Shown here in pieces: positions 57,380 through 64,000 of a stretch of DNA of 64,000 bases (the stretch's first letter is position 1; the number at the start of each line of letters is the position of its first letter). The notes under the pieces are model-generated. The model was not told where the DNA came from. It was given only the letters and a program-made list of their open reading frames with translations, and searched no databases. The DNA is from Hadesarchaea archaeon (GTDB lineage Archaea > Hadarchaeota > Hadarchaeia > Hadarchaeales > Hadarchaeaceae), in assembly GCA_030601675.1 (NCBI GenBank), contig JAUWBN010000002.1, forward strand, positions 2,150-66,149, read 5' to 3'. Position numbers and translations under genes: made by a program.

Positions 57380-57814
57380 TCACTCGAGTTTCTTCAGAAA
57401 TTCCACGTATGCCTTAGCGTCCATTAAATTTTTGAGTTCTGCCTCAAGCGCGCCCGGCTCAAGCACGCAGATCCAGCCTTCGTTGTAGGGGCTCGTGTTG
57501 ATAAGCTCCGGGCGTTCCTGAAGCGCCGCGTTTGTCTCTTTAACTGCGCCACTCAGCGGGCTATAAACGGCTGAAACGGCTTTGATCGACTCAACTGCCC
57601 CAAGCTCCATCTCCTTGGTTTTTGGCGCAGTTGCCTGCTTGACTTGCTTGCCGACCTCTGGTAGCTCAACGTAGACAACATCACCCAGCTTGCTCTGTGC
57701 GTAATCGGTTACCCCCACGCGGGCTAGCTTTCCCTCGAGCTTGACCCACTCGTGCTCTCGGCCGTAGTAAAGGCCCTCGGGCACGTCATAATTGCCTGCT
57801 TTCACCATGTTCAC
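57380..57814 (-). CDS. gcvH: glycine cleavage H protein (lipoyl carrier)
   Basis: HEWV, GVTDYAQ..LGD, VESIKA lipoyl Lys, N..PY.EGW. Confidence 0.95.
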   Translation of the reverse strand: MNMVKAGNYDVPEGLYYGREHEWVKLEGKLARVGVTDYAQSKLGDVVYVELPEVGKQVKQATAPKTKEMELGAVESIKAVSAVYSPLSGAVKETNAALQERPELINTSPYNEGWICVLEPGALEAELKNLMDAKAYVEFLKKLE

Positions 57815-57859
57815 CTCGCCAGCTAAAACTCGCGCGCCAAAACTTAAAGGTTACAGTGG

Positions 57860-58825
57860 CTAGGCAGTGCCCAACTGGTTATGGATAGCTACGAAATCTT
57901 GAGGTGATAGCCTCTTTGGATAGTTGTAGATCGGTCCTCTCGGCGATTCATTGTAAAACGGGCGGTTGCATCCCGGGCAGCCCGACGTGCGGAATGGCTC
58001 GCCTGATTTGGCTGTTCTATTTAGGACATCCCGCTCAACCCCGAAATCCGCGACCCACCCGCTCTCGAAACGCATCCGCTCGGCCCTGCTCAGGTTGTTA
58101 ACGATCAAAAATCTAGCGAGCTGAATCCTACGGTAGCTGGCAACATCCGGCTGAGGGTGGCTCGAGAGCGGGGTGCCTGCGATGGGGGTGAACGCGAACA
58201 ACGCGATCGTGATGCCTTGATCGTGCAAAAGCTGGATTCCCTCCACCATGTCCCGCTCGCCCTCACCCAACCCCACGATGAGATGGGTCGAAACTCGATC
58301 GCCGAAGACGGCTCGAGCGTGTTCCAGCGCCCCGAGATGTGCCTGCCATTTGTAGTCACCGCCCTTTATGCGCTCGAAGAGTTCGGGCGTCGCTGCATCA
58401 AGGGCAATGCTCGCCCGCTCGGCCCCGGCTTCAGCGAGGCGCTCGATATCTTGTCTGGTCAGCGGCTGGCAGGAGACGGAAATTGGAAGTCCGCATGCGC
58501 TGCACACGCACGTCACGAGCTCACAGAGATCATCGACGACGTTCGGGTAGTTGACAGCTTGGATACAAACGCGCTCAAATTTATTCGAATTCTCTTTCAA
58601 CCCCACGAGAACTTTTTTCAACTCGCAGCGGGGCCAGATGACGCGCGATAACATTCGCAGGTCGGCCGTGGCCTCTCGCGCTTGGGGGCAGAACTTGCAG
58701 TTCGCGCTGCAGCGACCTTCGTAGTAGGTCAGCAGGTGGGCGGTCGTCGGGGCTACCGCGAGTTGCCCCCGCCATAGACCCAGCAGGATGCCCGTGCCAA
58801 AAGCGACCCTTACGTGCTCGACCAA
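57860..58825 (-). CDS. lipS2: radical SAM lipoyl synthase subunit LipS2
   Basis: CSANCKFC plus TSGCPGCNRP motif. Confidence 0.8.
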   Translation of the reverse strand: MVEHVRVAFGTGILLGLWRGQLAVAPTTAHLLTYYEGRCSANCKFCPQAREATADLRMLSRVIWPRCELKKVLVGLKENSNKFERVCIQAVNYPNVVDDLCELVTCVCSACGLPISVSCQPLTRQDIERLAEAGAERASIALDAATPELFERIKGGDYKWQAHLGALEHARAVFGDRVSTHLIVGLGEGERDMVEGIQLLHDQGITIALFAFTPIAGTPLSSHPQPDVASYRRIQLARFLIVNNLSRAERMRFESGWVADFGVERDVLNRTAKSGEPFRTSGCPGCNRPFYNESPRGPIYNYPKRLSPQDFVAIHNQLGTA

Positions 58826-59757
58826 GTTGATACCCCTGTCAACTCACTCGGGACTGAACAGCATGCATCGAACCTCAGCACCTGAAGCCCGAGCTTGCGC
58901 GCAGCTTCTATTGCACGCTCGCTCGGAACCTCCATTCGATCGACGCCCGAGCGCAAAGCTTGAAGTTCGAGCTCGACCCGCCCAGCGTCGCGCGGCCGCA
59001 TGCAGCCCAGCGCCAGCATCGCCTCCGGAAACTTGAGTCGGGCCTCTGCGATGAGTTCGCCGACCTCCGCTGGACTCGGCCCGGTAATGCGCTCAAACTC
59101 GGTTCCGAGCGTTGGCATGAGCACGAGCAAAACCAGCGCATGTGGGCTGATCTCAGCTGCGAACTCAAGCGCCGCTCGTTCGCCCTTGACCTCGCCCGCG
59201 TGCAGGCCTATGCAAATATGGGGGGCGACGTGAGGAAGCGAGCGCTTGAGCACGTGGAGCGAGCGTCGGTAATCCTCGGCAGTTCGATCAATCCCGAGCA
59301 CGAGCTTTATCGTCTCATCGTCGCCTATCAGGTCGAAGTCGGCCAAGTCGACGCCTGCGCGGCCCAGTTCGTGCGCGAGCCAGCCCGGCATTAGGCCCGT
59401 GTGGGCGCTGATGAATAGTCCCGTCTCGCGCTTCACCCGCTCGATCGCGTCGAGGTAATTTTCAAATGGCAAGTAGCCCTCGTCATTGTAGCCCCCGCTG
59501 AGCAGCACCCCGCGTGCGCCGTTCGAAGTCAGGTTTAAGCATGTCGTAAATAAGACATCGGGCGTAAGGCAAGGTAGCATGTGTCGTAGGTAGTGGCGAT
59601 TGCAGTGCTTGCAGTTTAAAGCGCATTCATCGCCAGTAATCGAGAGAGTGGGAAACTTCGGGTGAGGGTAGCAAGCGTAAAATGTGGGATCGCGTTTAAG
59701 CTTCATCGAAAATGCGCGGCGTTGGAGTTCAGTAACCATCAACGTTTTTTCAACCAT
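58810..59757 (-). CDS. lipS1: radical SAM lipoyl synthase subunit LipS1
   Basis: CALNCKHC plus GCMR and C-terminal CC motifs. Confidence 0.8.
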   Translation of the reverse strand: MVEKTLMVTELQRRAFSMKLKRDPTFYACYPHPKFPTLSITGDECALNCKHCNRHYLRHMLPCLTPDVLFTTCLNLTSNGARGVLLSGGYNDEGYLPFENYLDAIERVKRETGLFISAHTGLMPGWLAHELGRAGVDLADFDLIGDDETIKLVLGIDRTAEDYRRSLHVLKRSLPHVAPHICIGLHAGEVKGERAALEFAAEISPHALVLLVLMPTLGTEFERITGPSPAEVGELIAEARLKFPEAMLALGCMRPRDAGRVELELQALRSGVDRMEVPSERAIEAARKLGLQVLRFDACCSVPSELTGVSTWSST

Positions 59758-60494
59758 CCGTTTGGCGCGTACTTGGGCTTAAGTTTCGCTGCCAGCTCGA
59801 ACTCCTCGCTCGTCAGTTCCCCCTCAACTAGTTTGGCACCAAGCAAGCGCTCGAACCCAGTCCGCATCGCGGCCCTGACCTCGTCAAAACTCGGCTTTCT
59901 GCCCAACTCCCGCACCACCGTCGTTACTCGCTCGAAGACCGAGGCGATGAATTTATCAGAGATCTTCTCCGGGCTTACCTTCAATAACTCAAACATTTGT
60001 CGGATGTTTGGATCAATGAGAATTGTGCCGTGCTGAAGGACTGAACCCCACCGGCGGGTCTGAGCGCTGCCTGAAATTTTTTTTCGGTTACTCAACACAT
60101 CGTTGACAGGTTTGAACTCCGCTTGTAACCCCAACCGCTCAAACCCGTGAACTAAGCCGCCGCAGATCAAGCGATAGGACTCGATGACATCGTCGGGGAC
60201 ATCACCTTGCTTGCACACGACACTGTAGGTGAGCTCGCCGTCGTGGTCATGAAAAACTGCACCCCCACCCGTTATTCGTCTCACAACGTCTACACCGTAA
60301 CGCTTCGCCACCTCGAGGTCGACCTCGCGCTCGACGCTCTGGAAGCAGCCGATCGAAACCGTCGAGGGGAGCCAGCGCCAAAATCTGATGGTGTTGGGTG
60401 ACTTGCCCTCCGCGTTTAGTTTGAGCAGCGCCTCATCGATCGCCATGCTCGTGAACGCATCATCCACGCGCAGAGGTAACAAACGCCACTCCAC
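59739..60494 (-). CDS. lplA: lipoate-protein ligase catalytic domain
   Basis: RRITGGGAVFHD, KKISGSAQ, QHGT. Confidence 0.92.
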   Translation of the reverse strand: MEWRLLPLRVDDAFTSMAIDEALLKLNAEGKSPNTIRFWRWLPSTVSIGCFQSVEREVDLEVAKRYGVDVVRRITGGGAVFHDHDGELTYSVVCKQGDVPDDVIESYRLICGGLVHGFERLGLQAEFKPVNDVLSNRKKISGSAQTRRWGSVLQHGTILIDPNIRQMFELLKVSPEKISDKFIASVFERVTTVVRELGRKPSFDEVRAAMRTGFERLLGAKLVEGELTSEEFELAAKLKPKYAPNGWLKKR

Positions 60495-60770
60495 CTACTC
60501 ACCCGCTGCGCGCAGAATTGCCTCGACCCAGTGCTCGGGCTCCACCATGGGGGTTTGCACGCCGGTCGAGCTGTAAAATCGCTGCACTGCTGCCAGCAAA
60601 CTCTCCCTATCAGCTTTGACGCCAACCAGTGCCTGCTCAAGTCGTTCAAGCGCGTCCTCGGGATACATGAAAAAATCACCACTGATTGAAACGTGCGAGA
60701 TGGCATCGTCCGTAAGCTCGAGCTCGACCTTGATTACACCTTTAGGCGCCTTGAACTCCGCGTACCCCAA
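60495..60770 (-). CDS. lipoate-protein ligase accessory (C-terminal) domain, LplB-like
   Basis: KAPKGVIKV..ISGDFFMYP..LE..L.G. Confidence 0.85.
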   Translation of the reverse strand: MGYAEFKAPKGVIKVELELTDDAISHVSISGDFFMYPEDALERLEQALVGVKADRESLLAAVQRFYSSTGVQTPMVEPEHWVEAILRAAGE

Positions 60771-60774
60771 GCGA

Positions 60775-61305
60775 TCACCTCAGCGTCCGCCCCCAGGCAT
60801 CGACCATTTCCCCGCTCAAATCACATAAAATAATTTCTTTGAGTGATTTTGCAGCGGGAGCGAACTCTTTCAACGCCTTGATCATCGCCTCCGCGGCGCC
60901 CTCAAACGGCACCCCGCCGACGCCCGTTCCCATGCCGGGTAACACGATGCTTTCAGCGCCCGCCTGCTCTGCACAATCGAGTGCAGCTTTGGTCGCGAGG
61001 TAAACCTTTTCGCCCGTCGTGGGTATCGCAGGGCGCTCCATGGTGGGGGCGTGCACGACCCAGCGTGCTTGAAGTTTACCCGCGGCAGTCGCGATCGCCT
61101 TTCCGACCGGCACCGGCGCGTGCTTTAGCGCTTCCCGTTCGATCTCCTCGCCGCCCGCGCGCTTCAGTGCCCCAGCCGCCCCCCCGCCCATATTCATCAG
61201 GCTGTTCGCGGGGTTGCAGACCGCATCGACCTTTTGTTTCGTCAGGTCCCCCCGCTTCACGATGATGCTCAAATCCCCCAGTTTTAACACTCGATCCCAG
61301 CGCAT
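60775..61305 (-). CDS. macrodomain protein (ADP-ribose binding/hydrolase)
   Basis: GDLT..VDAVCNPAN..MGGG.AGAL, VHAPT, PGMGTGVGG. Confidence 0.92.
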   Translation of the reverse strand: MRWDRVLKLGDLSIIVKRGDLTKQKVDAVCNPANSLMNMGGGAAGALKRAGGEEIEREALKHAPVPVGKAIATAAGKLQARWVVHAPTMERPAIPTTGEKVYLATKAALDCAEQAGAESIVLPGMGTGVGGVPFEGAAEAMIKALKEFAPAAKSLKEIILCDLSGEMVDAWGRTLR

Positions 61306-61342
61306 TTTCGCGTCCCCACTTTATAATGAAATCGTTGTTGAC

Positions 61343-61360
61343 TTGTTATATATATAACAA
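61343..61360. promoter_or_regulatory. perfect 18-bp palindrome in the promoter region of the macro-lipoate-gcv operon
   Basis: TTGTTATATATATAACAA preceded by TTGAC. Confidence 0.55.
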
Positions 61361-61414
61361 CTAAATGCCAAGGGATTTATTTCGTCGGGGCCGAAAATTC
61401 GACGCGGGTTGAAA

Positions 61415-61536
61415 ATGAAATCAAGCGTGAGATCGATAGCCTTTGACTTCTTGTTCGGCGGGGCCATCGTCGTCGGGGCCCTGCTCGTGGCATCGCTGTC
61501 GGGACCGACTGCGGGCGGCATCATCGCGGGGGCGCC
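61415..61536 (+). pseudogene. 5' fragment of a membrane-protein gene (DUF3147-like)
   Basis: [32 protein letters not shown], after which the sequence switches to antisense minD. Confidence 0.5.
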
Positions 61537-61659
61537 GTCAAAAATACATACATCGCGCCCGAGACTGCCGAGGGCGATACCGAGATTTGCTGTCAACGTG
61601 GTTTTTCCTGTACCACCCTTTCCCGAAGCGATCGATATCGAGCGTGGTCGAGCGCGCAA
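61531..61659 (-). pseudogene. 5' fragment of a MinD/ParA-type ATPase gene
   Basis: [35 protein letters not shown], then abrupt loss of similarity; GGAGG SD before TTG. Confidence 0.8.
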
Positions 61660-61789
61660 ATTCCAGCCTCCAAATTTATTGCGAGCGAGCGCTTAAAAGC
61701 TTGGAGCTCAGGATTCGCGCGCCAGCCTCCGTAATTTTGCAGCGCGGACGTTAGTTTTATTTACAGCAACAAATTTTCGTGGGGCATTT

Positions 61790-62257
61790 TTACGGCGATA
61801 TCCTCCAAATCCAGATTATCCCAAGGGTTGCTAGAACCATGAGCATGCCCGCCATAACGACACCGGCCGCGATTGCCAGCGCCGCACGTTTTCGATCGAT
61901 GCCCGCAGTATAGGCTATGAGCGCACCGGTGTACGCGCCGGTGACAGGCAGGGGGATGCCAACGAATGCCGCGAGCCCAACCAAGCTCAACCTCTGATGC
62001 TTACGAGCCCGCTTTACAAACCACTGGAAGATGTGATCGACAAATTTTACTCTACGGCGGACTGGCGGGAGGATGAAATCTAGTATAACGAATGCGATTG
62101 GAATTATTAACAGATTCAGCGCCACGCATATTGTGAACACGGAAACTGGGTCATATCCAGCAGCGATGGCGAGTGGAATGGCACCACGCAGTTCAATGAA
62201 GGGCGCCACGGAGATAAGAAAAACTAACCACTCTATCACTCCCATACCTCCAAGCAA
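61790..62257 (-). CDS. small multidrug-export-type membrane protein
   Basis: PFIELRGAIPLAI, FVGIPLPVTGAYTG. Confidence 0.85.
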   Translation of the reverse strand: MLGGMGVIEWLVFLISVAPFIELRGAIPLAIAAGYDPVSVFTICVALNLLIIPIAFVILDFILPPVRRRVKFVDHIFQWFVKRARKHQRLSLVGLAAFVGIPLPVTGAYTGALIAYTAGIDRKRAALAIAAGVVMAGMLMVLATLGIIWIWRISP

Positions 62258-62290
62258 TATTACTATGGGGGTAAATCAGTATTTGCTGGG

Positions 62291-62932
62291 GTGACGATGC
62301 GGTACAAGCTCATCGCCTTCGACATGGACGGCACGCTGGTCGAGGAGGACAGCTGCTGGGGCGTGCTCCATCGCTGCTTCGGCACCCAGGAGGCCGCACG
62401 GAAGAACCTCAAGGCCTACGAGCGTGAGGAGATAGATTACCCGGAGTTCATGCGCCGTGACATCGCGCTATGGCGCCCGCCGCCGATGCTCGAGCAGGTC
62501 AGGCGCGTGCTCACCCCTTGCAGGTTGGCGCCGAACGTCGAGCGGGTAGTCGGGGAGATTCACCGGAGGGGCTATCGGACGGCGGTCATAACGGGCGGGC
62601 TTGACCTGCTGGCGGAGGAGGTCGCGCGAGGGCTTGGCATCCGATATGTATTCGCGAACGGGCTGGCCGCTGATGAGAAAGGCCACCTGACCGGTGAGGG
62701 CATCTTCCGCGTTGAGCCACGCTTCAAGCACGAACTGTTGGCGGGGCTGGTGAGTGAGCTCGGCATAAACCTGCAGCAGTGCGTCGCGGTCGGCGATAGC
62801 AAGTACGACGTGAATTTTTTGAAGCACGCGGGGTTGGGAGTGGCGATAGGAGCGGACTTAGAACTCGCGAGGGTCGCCGATGTCGTGATCCGCGATTTTG
62901 AGCATCTCCCCCAGCTTTTGGATTACCTCTAG
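62291..62932 (+). CDS. HAD-IB phosphatase, SerB-like
   Basis: FDMDGTL, ITGG, K, VGDSKYD. Confidence 0.85.
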   Translation: MTMRYKLIAFDMDGTLVEEDSCWGVLHRCFGTQEAARKNLKAYEREEIDYPEFMRRDIALWRPPPMLEQVRRVLTPCRLAPNVERVVGEIHRRGYRTAVITGGLDLLAEEVARGLGIRYVFANGLAADEKGHLTGEGIFRVEPRFKHELLAGLVSELGINLQQCVAVGDSKYDVNFLKHAGLGVAIGADLELARVADVVIRDFEHLPQLLDYL

Positions 62933-62977
62933 TCAACTTAGCAAACCTTAAGAGCGCCAGAGTATCCAATAAAATGC

Positions 62978-63598
62978 GTGTCCGTATCATCCTCCAAAAA
63001 ACCTGAGAAATATGAGGCGCCGAGCTGGAACCACATCTACGAGCTCTGCATCCAAGTTGTAGATCAGATCAGGCGCAGCGGCTACAAGCCAGATCTACTC
63101 GTGGCAATATCCCGGGGCGGGTGGGTTCCCGGAAGGGTTCTATCTGACTTACTTGAGAACCCAAACATCGCCACCATCAAGGTCGAGCATTACATCGGTA
63201 TTTATAAGACGCGCGCCCGCCCGAAGATAACACAGCCCTTACCAATTGAAGTTGATGGAAAACAGATATTGCTGGTGGACGACATCGCCGACTCCGGAAA
63301 AAGCCTCAAGCTGGTCAAGAAACACTTGTTTGACCAAGGTGCGGCCGATGTTAAAATTTGTGCGCTTTACTGCAAGCCGTGGTCGATCGTGACCCCAGAC
63401 TTCTTGGCGCGCACGACCGACGCATGGATATGTTTCCCCCACGAGATCTATGAGACCATGAAAAAGATAATTTTGAAGTTGAAGGGGAGGGGCAAGTCAC
63501 GGGAGGAGATAGAGGCCGAGCTCGTGCGGATTGGCATGAGGCCCCCGATCGTCAAAAAGTTTACCCCACAGATTCTAGCTGGAGAGGATAACTGCTAG
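62978..63598 (+). CDS. type I phosphoribosyltransferase (purine PRT-like)
   Basis: AISRGG, LLVDDIADSGKSL, WICFPHE. Confidence 0.88.
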   Translation: MSVSSSKKPEKYEAPSWNHIYELCIQVVDQIRRSGYKPDLLVAISRGGWVPGRVLSDLLENPNIATIKVEHYIGIYKTRARPKITQPLPIEVDGKQILLVDDIADSGKSLKLVKKHLFDQGAADVKICALYCKPWSIVTPDFLARTTDAWICFPHEIYETMKKIILKLKGRGKSREEIEAELVRIGMRPPIVKKFTPQILAGEDNC

Positions 63599-63996
63599 CG
63601 CTTGAGGGCAATTCGTTGGCCGCGGAGGAACCTCGCGAGCCCCTCGATGTCCTTGACGTCCTTGTGAAGGATCGCTTTGAGCTTCCCCCGAAACTCGACC
63701 ACCGGCTCAACCCCAAGCCTCTTCAAGTGCTCGGCACAGAACTTTGCGAGTTTATCGCCGGCTCGGTCGAAGTCGGTCAAAATGATGATCTGTTTAAAGT
63801 CGGTCAATCCTTCAAGGAAATTCAGCAGGGTTTTGCTGCTGCCTGAAACTTTGAAAATGCGTCCCTCCATCCCTAGCTCGCGCATGGTCCTCTCATCATT
63901 CACACCCTCGACCAAGATGGGCACACCTTGAGCAGAGCATTCTCTTAGTTCGCTGAGCAATTCCTCGATTTGTTCGAGAGCCTCGAGGTTTAGCAT
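63595..63996 (-). CDS. small TOPRIM-domain protein
   Basis: ILVEGVND, ILTDFDRAG, KDIEGL. Confidence 0.85.
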   Translation of the reverse strand: MLNLEALEQIEELLSELRECSAQGVPILVEGVNDERTMRELGMEGRIFKVSGSSKTLLNFLEGLTDFKQIIILTDFDRAGDKLAKFCAEHLKRLGVEPVVEFRGKLKAILHKDVKDIEGLARFLRGQRIALKR

Positions 63997-64000
63997 GTTT

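Noticed and set aside
1-64000. CRISPR array, transposase, integrase, rRNA or inteins
   Set aside because: No regularly spaced repeats or such motifs were seen. DP2, MCM and Cdc6 lengths and motif spacing leave no room for inteins.

Overview
Archaeal chromosomal window with a euryarchaeal-type gene complement (PolD, GINS, EndoQ, LipS1/LipS2, intron-bearing tRNAs). A Hadarchaeota- or Thermococci-like lineage is an unverified inference. The left half holds a large information-processing cluster: mcm-gins23-cdc6-DP1-DP2, and csl4-rpoL-tfs-rpa3-pcn-priL-priS-gins51-rpl44e-rps27e-aIF2a-nop10-PAC2. An AT-rich, ORB-containing candidate replication origin lies directly upstream of mcm. The right half holds Thr/Ser/Gly metabolism, tyrS/dnaG, a second cdc6, and a macrodomain-lplB-lplA-lipS1-lipS2-gcvH-gcvPA-gcvPB-kinase operon. 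Three tRNAs were found, two with introns. Several small genes missed by the ORF track were read by hand: a ferredoxin, nop10, rps27e, a Cys-rich 46-mer and a basic 36-mer. Best novelty leads: (1) a ~283-nt densely base-paired RNA-like element with its own promoter, flanked by the two unknown small proteins; (2) a catalytically degenerate primase-family gene paired with a Cas2/VapD-like gene, both preceded by the same 13-bp motif; (3) a macrodomain coupled to a complete lipoylation/glycine-cleavage operon. No CRISPR array, rRNA, transposase, integrase or intein was recognised. All assignments come from motif reading by eye, not database searches.
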